Below are positions 1 to 14,040 of a stretch of DNA of 64,000 nucleotides, in pieces. The notes beneath the pieces were generated by a model that had not been told where the DNA came from, ran no database searches, and was given only the letters and a program-made list of their open reading frames with translations. Source of the stretch: the human T2T-CHM13v2.0 reference genome, Homo sapiens. Location: NCBI RefSeq assembly GCF_009914755.1, contig NC_060929.1; one strand, written 5' to 3'. The stretch's first letter is position 1. Each line of letters opens with the position of its first letter. A program made the translations under genes and the position numbers.

Positions 1-776
1 AAGGAATAATCGCAAATAAAGAAGGAGTAGCTGGCAGCCTGAATTACGTCTGTTATTAATCTGTCTCAGAAGGGAAGAAAAGAAATGACAGCAGAAAAAA
101 AGCATAAAGGGATTCGTTGGGCACACTGGAGCTACACATTTGTGTTTGTTAACAACTTCCTTTTTTCCTCTGCCCTGTAAACTCAAAATACCTTTATAAA
201 ATAGCCCAAAATAATTATCTTGTCAGAAGAATCTTTGTGTTTTTGTCAAATTAAATTAAACTGAAATTCATCATGGGAAGAAGATATCAGAGAAAAAGCA
301 ATGAAAAGGTAAATTAAAATTGAACTGTCAGATTTAAGGGCTGGTCCAATGGAAATGACCAATAAACTCATGAGTAATGATAAACAGGGTAGATATTTTT
401 CCTTTGATCTCACTAAATCTACACCCTATTCCCAAATGTTCTTTTAAGGGAATGATATTAAATTAACTATAGATTTTTCTATCTGCAGAAACCAGTGGGA
501 GCAATGAATGGAGGAAGTGTCATCATTAAGCTGCCATTATTCCTAGTGCATAGCAGGCTCAACTCACCCTGTAGCCTTGTGTGGCCTTAAAATCCTCCAA
601 CACACACTAATAGTTTTCCCTATAGAATATATTTGCATGTATAATCATGCCTGTTCCACCATTAAACAATATTTTAATGGAAAAGGCTGTGCCCTTGGGT
701 AGTTATAACTTGTAAGCACAGGAGTCAACTTTATTGTGATATTATAAAAGAGTGGTAAAAATAATTAAGCAGTCAT

Positions 777-1068
777 GCCTGGCACGGTGGCTTGCACCTG
801 TAATCCCAGCATTTTGGGAGGCTGAGGAAGGACAATTGCTTAAGCCCAGGAGTTTGAGACCAGCCTGGGCAACATAGAGAGACCTCACCTCTACAAAAAA
901 ATCAAAAAAATAGCTGGGTGTGGTGTCACACGGGAGGCTGAGGTGGGAGGATGGTTTGTTCCCTGGAGGTTGAAGCTGCAGTGACCCATGATCACACCAC
1001 TGCACCCAGCAAGGGCAACAGAATGAGACCCTGTCTCAAAACAACAACAACAACAATAATAATAATAA
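777..1068 (+). mobile_element. Alu SINE, old (AluJ-like), ~20-nt internal deletion in right arm, (CAA)/(TAA) tail
   Basis: Alu motifs cctgtaatcccagc, gagtttgagaccagcctgggcaac and gagaccctgtctc; aataattaag occurs on both flanks as a probable TSD. Confidence 0.95.
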
Positions 1069-2790
1069 TTAAGTATTCTATTTGTTAATATCATTCTCAT
1101 GGTTTAGAGATTAACTTAATTGAATATGACACAGTTTTGAGAGAAAATTACTTTGAAGAGTATCCTCATTTTGGCAACAAAATAAAATTGAAATGTGTTC
1201 TCAGAGTAACTTGAGATGGTGGTATAATGATTTGTGTATAAACAACAAAATCTGAATACTGCTAATTAGTCATGGTTCTCTTAAATTGAGTAGTTCTATC
1301 ACAGGTCAATATCATTCTCTCTCCAACAGATGACAGAATTTATTTTATCATTCTAACAATGTAATTACTGAATTTTTCTCATCTCTCCTAATCTGAGATT
1401 CTATTAGCACTGCCCAGTATAATACCACCTTAATTATATGCATATTTGATTTCCATTTTTAAACTCTATAACTGGTTGTCTCTTTTTTAGGTTGAGGTAG
1501 GTCTAATTAACTTAATTTAGGAAAGGTATTTTATTTAAAATAATATCACTTTCTTGTCATTACTCTCCCACATTTGTAATCTAAAAGTATCAAATACTCA
1601 TTTTTCATTACACAATATTTTTATTACTAGATAGTTTACTATTTCAGTATTTGAGATTATAGTATTTTTCATTTAGGTCACAATTATATTTCCATAAATT
1701 TTAAGTTAGAATATTAAATTTTGCATCATTTAATGCCTCATATCAAAGGGCAGCTGCAGCTTTATACATCAAAATCCAGATTATCAAGAGAGTTTATATG
1801 CTGGGAAACACACAAAGCAATGATCACAAATGGAAATTGATAGTAATTTTTTTCAAAGAGAAAATAAAAGAGGAAAGAAAAATAACAATAAAATGAGAGG
1901 AAAATGGAGACAGACTAAATAAAAGACTCCCTTGACTACAGGTCCTCATACGTAAGTGAAATGATCCTGCACAATGGTTTTCTGGAAGATTAGCCCTTCT
2001 GCACTCTGGGACGGGTTCCTCCCTATGAGGAAAATGCCCAAGCAAGAACTCTCATATGGTTTCTTGTGCAACGAATAGGAGCTTTATAAAAGCAGAAAAC
2101 TTTGAACAAGGACAAGTCAGTATTAGGTGAGCCATACACATGAAGTAAAAGTGTCAGTCTGTTCCCCTCACTATTACTTTCTCTCTGATACAGGTTATAG
2201 GTTAAGAAAATACACAGGCATTCCTTCCAGAGGAATTGAGTTGCTGCAAGTTTGTCCACTTCAAGTTCATGAAATGTTTTATAACTTAATATTGTTGTCA
2301 ATACATAGGGGAATTTCACTTAATTGGTTTTAAAATTATGGATAATATACAAAAGAAGTAAGACAATTAAGATGAACTAAGAATGGAATTAAGATATATC
2401 AATTGAATGGAAATTTATTCATCTGCCAGCATCACAGATTTTTCTTTCATTTTTTTTTTGTCTTTCTACCTCCTTTTCTTCTTCAAAAATTATTTGACAC
2501 CTACCGTGTGCCAGAAATTGTTCTTGGCTCTGCTAACACAACAATAAACAAAGAATGTCCCTTTTCCATGTAAAGGAATGGGGTGACTGGTAGGAAACAA
2601 GCAACTTTCTTACAGGGTGAAAATGCAGTGAGGAATATCCATAAAAAAGGAAGGAGCTGCAGGAGTACAGAGCTGAAAGTGAATAGCACTGAGCTGCTTA
2701 CAGAGCTAAATGTTGACATGCAGAACTAAATCTTAAAGATTAACACAGGTTAACTAAACCCAGATGGTGAAAAGGAGAGGGCATTTTAGG

Positions 2791-2792
<2 letters not shown>

Positions 2793-2834
<42 letters not shown>
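2793..2834. repeat. (AC)21 microsatellite
   Basis: Perfect dinucleotide run read directly. Confidence 0.98.
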
Positions 2835-2839
<5 letters not shown>

Positions 2840-3136
2840 TATATACAGTTCAAAAACATGGTGGCATGAAAAACATAGCTTTTAGATTGAATTTCAAAAA
2901 GTGCCCTTTGGAAAATATTGACCAAAAATAGTCCTCATCTAACACAGTGCTTGCCAACTAAATGAGGGTAAAATTAAGTTCTAACTCTGACCCTTCACTT
3001 GAATGGCCATTTTAACTGTCCCTGGAAAGTTTTTAAAACACACCTGGATTTTGGATTCAGCCTCCTTAACATGATTCTTAAAGGATGTGCCTTTTGCTTG
3101 TAAAATGCATAACACCTCTATCTTACTTTCATATGT

Positions 3137-3141
<5 letters not shown>

Positions 3142-3173
<32 letters not shown>
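3142..3173. repeat. (AC)16 microsatellite
   Basis: Dinucleotide run read directly. Confidence 0.97.
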
Positions 3174-3185
<12 letters not shown>

Positions 3186-3684
3186 TGCTATCTATGGTAA
3201 TTAAAGTTTTCACTAAGAACTTGCTCAAAATTATAGTGTTAGTAAAGACATAAAACAGGTATTAGCTTCACATATAACAGGTCTTTCCACTCTACTCACG
3301 TGCAGCCAGGATTTTTGTTTTGTTTTTGTATTGGCTATTTTCACTATTTTAGTCATCAGTAACATTTGTAATCATATATTTAAAAAATAATATTAAGAGT
3401 ATTTTCTCTTTCTTGAGCAAATGTTACGATCATCAGATTAAAAAATCCACAAATTACCCTTAGCTCAAAGTTTTATCCTTAAAAATATTTAATAATTTGT
3501 AGACTCTCTACCTTAATAAGGAAGACTGTCTCATTAATACAATTAATCTTCTTTAGATGATTCAGAAAAGCTACAAGACCTTGGTTAAATTTTCTGATCA
3601 CATCAATTTTTAGGAATGTAAAGTGCAAAATTTGAAAAAAAAAGCATAATAAATTGGAATGAAATAGAACTGGTCCCAGAATAA

Positions 3685-3840
3685 CGCTCTGTGCCTTAGT
3701 TTCTTCATCATTTAATGGGCATACTAACAGTGTTTAACTCAGTTATTGTGAAAATTAAATTATTTAATATGTGTAAAGTAGAAGATTTCCCAGCACAGAG
3801 TAGAATTTCATTAAATGTTAATGACTGTTATTATTATTAG
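3685..3840 (+). mobile_element. MIR fragment
   Basis: ctctgtgccttagtttcttcatc...gttattgtgaaaattaaat resembles the MIR core. Confidence 0.7.
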
Positions 3841-4019
3841 TTTTAAAAATCAATCATTTTTTATTCTGTTATCCATTAAATTGGTAAGCAAAAAAAAATT
3901 AACACTCGTTATATTTTAAAGTGTGCTTTAAAATCTTAGAAGTGTCATGACAATGGAAGAATTGTTTACTTATTCAAACCACTAGGTTCTTTTTTTAAGT
4001 AGCTTTATTTTAAAATTAT

Positions 4020-4590
4020 GTACGTAAGGGCTCGGAAAACAATACATCAAAATATGGTATCTTGGCAAACTAAGTATTTTAAACTGAAGGAAACTGATAA
4101 AATCACAGAAGTTGAAAGGTCTCTGATCTTTTTCCACCCTTTCTCTCCTGAACTAAGGCTCAGAAACCGAAATTCCCCTTACCCCTTTCTCTCTGAAGCA
4201 GGTCATAAAGCCTAGACAGGTTACTCTCTGACAGTCTCCTTCCCACTCCCCTGGAGATCCTTTTATGACTGGTGTCCTGCCCTACACCCAGAGGGAAGAA
4301 ATGTCACATACAGACACAGGAAATAATCTGAACAGACAGACCTTGCTAAGTTACCTCCAGCTAATGACCTTTAGATCATATCCTTTTGTCCTCCAATCAT
4401 ACTTCTACATGATTGTCCATTAAAATATACTATTTTCCCTGGGTCTCTGGTTCTTCATTTCTGTAGGTTTCAATGTCATATGAAACTTTATATGCTTTGT
4501 TTTTCTCTTATTAATCTTTTCTTGTGATAAAGGAATTGTCCATGAACCTTGTTGTAGATAAGGAAAAATTATTACTTTTCCTCCTCTAAA
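4020..4590 (+). mobile_element. ERV1-class solo LTR (MER34/MER39-like)
   Basis: Start aaaacaatacatcaaaatatgg...tattttaaactgaaggaaactga and end-region ttttccctgggtctctgg...cttcatttctgtagg resemble MER4-group LTRs; subfamily uncertain. Confidence 0.65.
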
Positions 4591-5038
4591 TGTAATATTA
4601 AAGGTTTTACCCATGTAGAAAGATTTATATTTTAAAAATTCTTTTGAGAAATTCAGAAATAAGACAGTTACATATGGCTGAAAGTTTGTTTGATATTTGA
4701 AACCTCAAGACTTCTGTGAGTTTACTCTTTGGAACTTTAGGGTGTAACATTTCACCATGTTTAGAGTTCTATTTAATTAATTAATTTAATTTAATCTCAA
4801 TTACTGTTTTGGTTATTAATATTACAAAAGAAATAAAAACTGCTCACTATATAGTTCTCAACTAATACAAGATTTATTTAATATTCCCAGTCTTTATCTG
4901 TTTTTACAAAATTCAAACATCCATTTTTTTAACATTCAGGATATAACTTTATATCTAAAGTCTTAATATAGTTTAAAGTTTAAAATTAGTAAGTACAATT
5001 TTAATTAATCTATATTTTTACAAGTAGATTATGTGGGC

Positions 5039-5089
5039 ATCATTATTATCATCATCATCATCATCATCCTTATCCTCATCATCATCATC
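5039..5089. repeat. Imperfect (ATC)n microsatellite
   Basis: atcatcatc runs read directly. Confidence 0.9.
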
Positions 5090-6354
5090 CTATGATTTGG
5101 TGCCAAGAATATAACATAACTTCTCATGCTAGTATATTTTAACATACAGGAAATGACTTAGATATTTAACTTGATGGGATAACCTAGCTTAAGCACAAAT
5201 CTTCCAGACAGATTTGACTAAAAGCTACCAAATGACTGAAGTAAAAAATTTGTAGGTATTTGCCAGATTATCTAAAATTAATGTCATGAAATGTTAGTGT
5301 ACACTGAAGAATTCCTATTGCTATTTTTAATTACCAAAGCTATATTTTCTTTTTAATTATGTCACCGTGAACATCTTTTATCGATATTTAATTTAATCTG
5401 ATATTCTCTTTCTTCCTTCTTCTCTTCCTTTGTTCCTCTCTCGCTTTCTTTTTCTATTTCCCCTACTTCTAAGGTATTTTTATTGCATCTTTAAATTCTC
5501 ATGTAGATTCTTCTGATGACTCTGCTTATGTTTCTTTTATTACACATTTTTCTAGAGTAGATATCATCTGGAACATGGAATCTACTGACACATTTCTTTT
5601 TTCACCTTATCATCTCCATGTTTATTAGGCAGGCCAATTGATTATTAACAGTCTTTTGGCAATAATCTTTTCACCACCATACTACCTTACCAGCTGGGAG
5701 AGAAACTTCAGCAAAGCAATAATTAAGACACTGATAAGACAAGCTATTTTGTTGCTTTCCTGGTTTACACAGAGGACGCAGAATCGGGAGCTAAATATCT
5801 TTAATACTCAATATCTAAAACATTACTCAGATCATTTGACTTTTATACCTACATTGTATCCAACCTAATTTTTAAACTGGATAGTTGATCTAGTCTAAAA
5901 ACAAAATCTAAAAAAGTAAACAAAACACACCTAACATTGTTAGTGCCTTACTTTTAAAAAGATTAAAACTTTCAGTAATATGGATAAGTAGATAAATAGA
6001 GTACTAATTCCTTATTATTACCCTCATTCTAGAATTAGATGTTTCTGACACAAATATACAAAGAAATTTCACATGTAAAAACCTGCTGCGGAATTTAAAA
6101 TTCTTTTGTGACAATTTGCTCCTGTGACAAGTATATTTTTCTATTCTATCATGCTCATATTTCATACTATTAAAATAAATACTTATGAGGATTATGGACA
6201 ATATTGCTCACTTGATAATTTAATACCTGATATGACTGTACTGTTGAAAAAATTGTACAAGGGACAATTCATGCTGTTTCCCATTTTTGACTTCTTCCAT
6301 GTCTACATTGGTTTAATTAAATATGCTTAGTTTCTAAAACTCTTTTTGGTTCCT

Positions 6355-7230
<876 letters not shown>

Positions 7231-9369
7231 TCCTTTCTCTTTAGACATTGTGGTGTTAGATCCAATCATAATAGAGAGCCTGATGGTTTCTAAGCAGTGA
7301 TTTATCTTCCACTCTTCTCTCCATTCATTTGTACACATTATATCTATTGTTATCCTCCTTTCAGCCTCCACTGTGGAAATTGCTTTGATAACTTATTAAT
7401 GCCAAAGGATAAATAAAAAATATATACCCTTCAAGAAGCATTTTCATTCTAAAGGATTTTAAATCAGACCTTAACCCTGAGGAATGAAATATCTAATAAA
7501 GTAAATTACAGAAATTGCATCAGACTCATGAGAAGCACTTCTCATTGTCCTTTCATGTTCTCCTTATTTGGTATCTTTATGCTTAGTCCATTACTTAACC
7601 ATAAAACTTCATTCTTTCAGGAATGCTCAAAGTACTTTAAAGAGAATTAACCTGGATATAGTGCAATCTGCTCAGGGCTAATAATATTAAGGATTCACAC
7701 ACTTGGAAAATATCTATAAATGATTTTTTAAAAAGATAAAAAGAAGTGTGGCTGTGTTTTTGTATATGTGGACATACAACTGTTGCATTTTAGCCTGGTC
7801 TATAGCCAAGATTGAGAGTGATATAATCATATTACTTTTCTAAATTGGGGAAATATGTTTCTTCTCTTTTAATGGTAAAATGGTCTTACCATACATAAAA
7901 GATTGGTGATACAGAATTTCAGGAACTAATGATTGACTCTGTATTCATTAATTTGTTTAACAAAATTGTGAGCACGTACTGGCACCAATTTAGCTATTGA
8001 GGATACAGCACTGAACACAAGCCCTTCCCTTAATGGAGGGACTTTGTAGTGTTGTGAATAGGGAAAAAGAGATAAAAAATAAGTTCAATATATTAAATGT
8101 CATTGTGATTTGTGATATGGAGAAAAGATGCATAAAATGTAGAATAGGAAGTGTGTGGGTAGGGAGGAACATTTCATTTTTTTTAAGGTCGTCAGGAAAG
8201 GATCTATTGAAACATAACATTTGAGCAAACACCTGCATTAGCATTTGTTTTGCTTAGCTGCGCAAAATGTTTTTGGCATACAGAAATTCATGCTTGGAAG
8301 GTTGATGATAGAAACTTACTTGTTTTAAGAAATTTCTATGTACATAATAGAATATTATCTATGCATATAAATGTCTCTATTCAAATTTCTTCAAAGGACC
8401 TCAGCTTAAACACATTTAAAATTAAACTCATCATTTTCTTCGAAATCTATTACTCTTTTCTGCTCTTCTTCCCCAAACAACTTAGTAAGAACATAGGCAC
8501 CACTGCAGTTCAAAAATCTGAACATCATTATGAAAGTCCTCTTCTAATTCAATACCCAGGCTGACTAAGGTATTGTCTCATTAGGGAAACTGCATTTTCT
8601 GCTACCAAAATCCCATTGCTAATAGTGTCTAGTGCAAATACAGCTGTGAATTCACTTCATTTATTTATTTTCCTGAGGAGGGTTTTCCAATAACCTCCCC
8701 CCACCCCGAAAATTGTTAAAAAACACTGTAACACTATCCTTTTCTTACTTTTTTGTACATTTACTTTATAAATGTTGTCCTTTGGTCAGTGAACCAAAAC
8801 CAACAGAAGAGGACAAAATGGTCTTATGTGCTATTACCATGAATAATGTCTTCCAGAAATAGACTTGAAAATTGCTCCCCTAATGCCATCCCATTCACTA
8901 TATACTTAAAAAAAATCTATGAGGGTTGAAAATATTGAGATGATTGATTTAAGATACCTATTATTACTGACTGCTGACATTTGGCCTTGGGAAATTACAT
9001 TCGCAGTAGTATTTTTAAAATGATTAAGAGAGGTTTCTGAAAAAAAGTATTTACATTATAAGATGTATTTTTAGAATTTGTTTCTTAAAAACCATTATAT
9101 AAGCTTTCTGAACAAAAAAAGATATTTATTTTATGAGAAAAATACACTGAATTTGCCCTTATAAATTATAATTTGTAAAAATTAATAAATGTAAGATAAG
9201 TAGATTCCCAATAGCATATACAAAATAAAACTTGCTTACAACTGATCATAAAATGTAATGTGCCCATTGAATATGGTAAAAGGGAAGTATATGAATCATA
9301 AAATTTTATTTTTCCTATCCTATCCACAATACCATGATGCTATATAGCTATTAAATTTGGAACAGTTTT

Positions 9370-12061
9370 CAGGAATATCTTGGTTTATTGGGCTTAATGA
9401 TATTGTGCTTCTCAGATAAAGTAATTTTTACAAATTTAAGATTTTTGCAACTCTGCATCAACCAAGTCTATTGGTGCCATTTTTACAATAGTATGTGCTC
9501 ACATGACACTTTCAGGTGTCACATTTTGGTAATATTCATAATATTTCAAACTTTTTCATTATTATTATATCTGTTATGGTGATCTGTGATCAGTGATCTT
9601 TGATGTTTCTAATGTAACTGCTTTGGGGTGCCATGAACCATGCCATGTAAGATGACAAACTTCATCAATAAGTGTGTGTTCTGACTGCTCCCTCAGTCAG
9701 CTCAGCTGTTTCTCCATCTCTCTCCCTTCCTTAAGGACTCCTTATTCCCTGAGACACAACAATATTGTAATTAGTCCAATTAATGACTCCACAATGGCCT
9801 CTAAGTGTTCAAGTGAAAGAGTCACACATCTCTCACGTTAAATCAAAAGTTAGAAATGATTGAGCTTAGTGACAAAGGCATGTTGAAGGCCAAAACAGAC
9901 CAAAATCTACGTTTCTTATGCCAAACAGTTAGCCAAGTTGTGAATGCAAAGGAAAAGTTCTTGAAGGAAATTAAAAAGGCTACTTCAGTGAACACAGGAG
10001 TGATAAGAAAGAGAAACAGCCTTGCTGTTGATGTGGAGAAAGTTTGAGTGGTCTGGATAGAAGATCAAATCACCCACAGCATTCCCTAAGCCAAGTCCTA
10101 ATCCAGACCAAGGCAGTTACTCCGTTCAATTCAGTGAAGGCTGAGAGAAATGAGGAAGCTACAGAAGAAAAGTTTGCAGCCAGCAGAGTTTGGTTCTTAA
10201 GATCTAAGGAAAGAAGTAATGTCCAGAACAGAAAAGTGCAAGGTGATGCAGCAACTGGTAAGGTAGAAGCTTCAGCAAGTTATTCAGGTATAGCTAAGAT
10301 AATTCATGAAGGTGAACGAAGGTGGCTACACTAAACAACATATTTTCAATGTAGACCAAACATCCTTCTATTGGAGGAAAATGCCATCTAGGAATTTAAT
10401 AGCTAAAGATGAAAAATCAATGCCTGTTTAAATCTTCAAAGAACAGTCTGACTCTCTTTTTAGGAGCTAATGTAGCTGGTGACTTTAAGTTGAAGCCAAT
10501 GTTCATTGACTATCCTGAAAATTCTAAGGTCCTTATTCTCAGCAAACTATCGCAAGGACAAAAAACCAAACACCACATGTTCTCACTCATAATTGGGAAC
10601 TGAACAATGAAACACATGGACACAGGAAGGGGAACATCACACACCAGGGACTGTTGTGGTGGGGGCGGGGAGGGATAGCATTAGGAGATGTACCTAATGC
10701 TAAATGACGAGTTAATGGGTGCAGCACACCAACATGGCACATGTATGCATATGTAACAAACCTGCACGTTGCGCACATGTACCCTAAAACTTAAAGTATA
10801 ATAAAAAAAAGGAAATAAGCTCAATCTACTCTGCCTGTGCTCTATAAATAAAATAACAAAGCTTGGATGTCAGCACATTTGTTTACAACATAGTTTACCA
10901 AATACTTTAAGCCCACTCTTGAGACCTACTGCTCAGAAAAAAAGATTTCTTTCAAAATATCACTGCTCATTGACAATGCACCAAGTCACTCACATAAGAG
11001 CTCTGATGAAGATGTACAAGGAGATTAATTTAATGCTGTTTTCATGACTGCTAACACAGCATCCATTCTGCAGCCCATGCTTCAAAGAGTATTTTCAACT
11101 TTCAAGTGTTATGATTTAAGAAATATATTTTTATATATTTATGAAGTATAGCTGCCATAGATGGTGATTCCTCTGATAAATCTGGGCAAAATAAATTGTA
11201 AACCTAGGATTCACCATCCTAGATGTCATTAAGAACACTGTTGATTGATGGGAGGAGGTCAAAATATAAACATTAAAAGAAATTTGGAAGAAGTTGATTC
11301 TAACCACCATGGATGACCTTGCCGGATTCAAGAATTCAATGGAAGAAGTAACTGCAGATGTGTTGGAAATAATAAAAGAACTAGAATTAGAAGTGGCGCC
11401 TCAAGAAGTGACTACATTGCTGCAATCTCATGACAAAAGTTGAATGAATGAGAAGTTGCTTATAGATAAGTGAAGTGGTTTCTTGAGATGGAATCTACAC
11501 CTGATAAAGATGCTATGAATATTGTTGAACTGGCAACAAAAGATTTGGACTATTACATAAACTTATTTAATGAAGCAGAAGCAGAGGCAGTGTTTAAGAA
11601 GACTGACTTCATTTAGAAGTTCTACCATGTGTAAAATGCCATGAAATAGCATCATAAGCTACAGATACATTTTTCTGAAGGAAGAGTAAATTGATGTGGC
11701 CAACTTCCTTGTTGTCCTATTCTAACAAATTGCCACAGTCACCCCAACTTACAGCAACCACCCTTCTGGTCAGACAGCAGTCATCAACATCAAAGCAAGA
11801 CCTCCCACCAGCAAAAAGTATCACTAGTTGAAGGCTCAGATGATCTTGTTAGCATACTTTAGCAATAAAGCATTTTTTAATTAAAGTATGTATATTTTGT
11901 AGAGATACTGCTATTGCACACTTAACAGACTACAGTATAGTGTAAACATAACATTTATATGCACTGATAAACCAAAATATTTGCGTGACTCTCTTTATGG
12001 TGATATTAACTTTATTCTGGTGTTCTGGAACCAAACCAGCAGTATTTTGGAGATAGGCCTT
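9370..12061 (+). mobile_element. Tigger1 DNA transposon (TcMar/pogo), essentially full length, transposase decayed
   Basis: Decayed termini caggaatatct... and ...gagataggcct; transposase start atggcctctaagtgttcaagtgaaag at 9793; ORF pieces [13 protein letters not shown]...[13 protein letters not shown] and LGANVAGDFKLKPM; ~2.4 kb after removing the L1 insert. Confidence 0.95.
10534..10810 (+). mobile_element. Short 5'-truncated L1PA (L1PA3/4-like 3' end) inserted in Tigger1
   Basis: ORF2 end ILSKLSQGQKTKH, 3' UTR ctaatgctaaatgacgagttaatggg, and A tail. Confidence 0.95.
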
Positions 12062-13829
12062 TTTGAACCAATTCATCCCAATTTCTCCATCAGCCCACCT
12101 TTCAAATTTGTGAATCATCCTGAACCTAATCTTTTATTTTCCCCTTCCCCAGGAGGTATGCTAAGGCTTTTAACCCTCTATGCAAACTTAAAGCATTCTT
12201 TTTATAAATGTTTTTGATGTCTCTGTACCAAATGAATGACCTACATTCACCAAGTTTATATTCTCTACCTGAATGTATATCTTTATTTTGGAAGGGTTGG
12301 AGTTAGCTATTTGCTAACAATTACTCTCACTACAAAGGCATTTAATCAATAAATATTATTAACCTGCTAGTACAATCAGAATATTGTTGGAGCTGAATAA
12401 AATTATTCTTGTTTTCAAGGTTATTACAATTTAATAGGTGGAAAAAACACATGGAAATAATATTAATAGCATCATGAATTACATATGCATCAATTGCTAG
12501 AAATTAGAACAAGACGAAAATCTTCTGATTAGAATGATCCAGAAAGCTTAATAGAGGGCTGACATCAGTGCTGGGTGTTGGTGGTAGGGTATGATTTTAA
12601 TATGTCAAAATGGGGAATTAGCTGTGCTATGTCATATTGTATTTGTCTAAATGTACATAAAACTAGTTTCACAAATTATCATGTATTCAATTTGAAAAGC
12701 ATCTTGTAACTTAAAACATATTTTCATAGGAATGTAAGAAATATAAAATTATAGGCCTAGCATAAATTTGTGATTATTTATGTATTAAATAGTTCCCAAT
12801 TTTACAAAACATTTGGCCTCCAGTCCTTAAATAATAATCCATTGCAGGATAAATATATCATTAAAAAATCTAGGTAGCATAAAGTTCTAGTTATTTTAAC
12901 AACTATATAAAGAAATATATGCAAATTATAAAATGAGCTTTATAAGAACTTTTCTGACATTATAAAACTTATCACATGAAGTAGCTTTTCTTATACTTGA
13001 GGTTTTATTTCCTTAAATGTACTTAGAAATACGAAGCAATGCATCTGTTCTTTGAACTGAATTTGAAGAAAAAAATTAAGAAAATGATATTGTTGCTTAA
13101 GTTGATATTAATATTAGTAATTTTCAAAATCGCATTAACCAGAGAGTAGGGTGGTTGGAAGTAGTGTCACTATTCTTTTGTATGCCATCTGTAATTCATG
13201 GTTTTTGAACACATGCTTAGAACTCACAGTAGTGATGAGACTTACAAACCTAGCTTACTATGATTGATGACAGCAGAGTTAAGCAAAATTAAACAACTGA
13301 GAGGAAGGATATTTTTGTCACAGGGATGGTAAGAAAAGGTTTAGTTGTTGCCATTGCTAATGTTTACTCTAGTTCTCTTTTTAGATGACCCACCACAGTG
13401 TCCTGAGAAGCCAAAATGGGATAATTGGGGTCTAATGGAAGGCCAACTTAGTAAGACAAAGGTCTATCTAAAGGGTCTCAAATGAGGGTATTAGGGATGT
13501 CAACACCAGGCTGGAAACATATTCCAAGCAGTGATTAGGCGGTCTCTTCTTGGAAGTGAATATGAACTGGCATTAGATTCAGGCTTGACAGTGAAATATG
13601 TGGAGCCTTCTGACTCAACATGCAGCACATATTGTTTATTTTCTGTTGCTATGGAGAAAAAAAAAATGCACCTAGTCAACTCCTCTCCAGTGTGTTCAAA
13701 ACTATATGCCAGTGTTTCCAGGAAGCATTAGATAAGAGTGGGAGGTGGTGAGGCAAACATCTACAGTGTCACACTGTCTTTAAGCCAATTTTAGAGATTG
13801 CATGACTCCTGAATCATCATAGCTCAACA

Positions 13830-14040
13830 GTACGGAGCATTCACTTTGTCAGTGCTATATTCTAAGTGCTTTACATTTACTAACCCACTTAGTTCTCATA
13901 ACACTTTATAAAATAAATAATATTAATATTCCCATTTTACAGATGAAAAAAAATGAAGGCATAGAGCAATTAACAAACAGCCGAAGTTACACAGTTAAAA
14001 TGTAATATGACTAAAATTCAAATCAGGCACTTTTGCTCTA
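13830..14040 (-). mobile_element. MIR
   Basis: tctaagtgctttacat...attcccattttacagatgaaaaaa..gaaggcatagag is the reverse MIR core. Confidence 0.8.

Noticed and set aside
742-1005. Alu-derived ORFs (also 6803-7144, 28825-29088, 31100-31635, 57221-57514, 60275-60541)
   Set aside because: Typical antisense-Alu translations ([17 protein letters not shown]) rather than genes
10409-10603. In-frame Tigger1 transposase/L1 ORF2 chimeric 64-aa ORF
   Set aside because: Chance frame match between two decayed elements, with no intact domain or promoter
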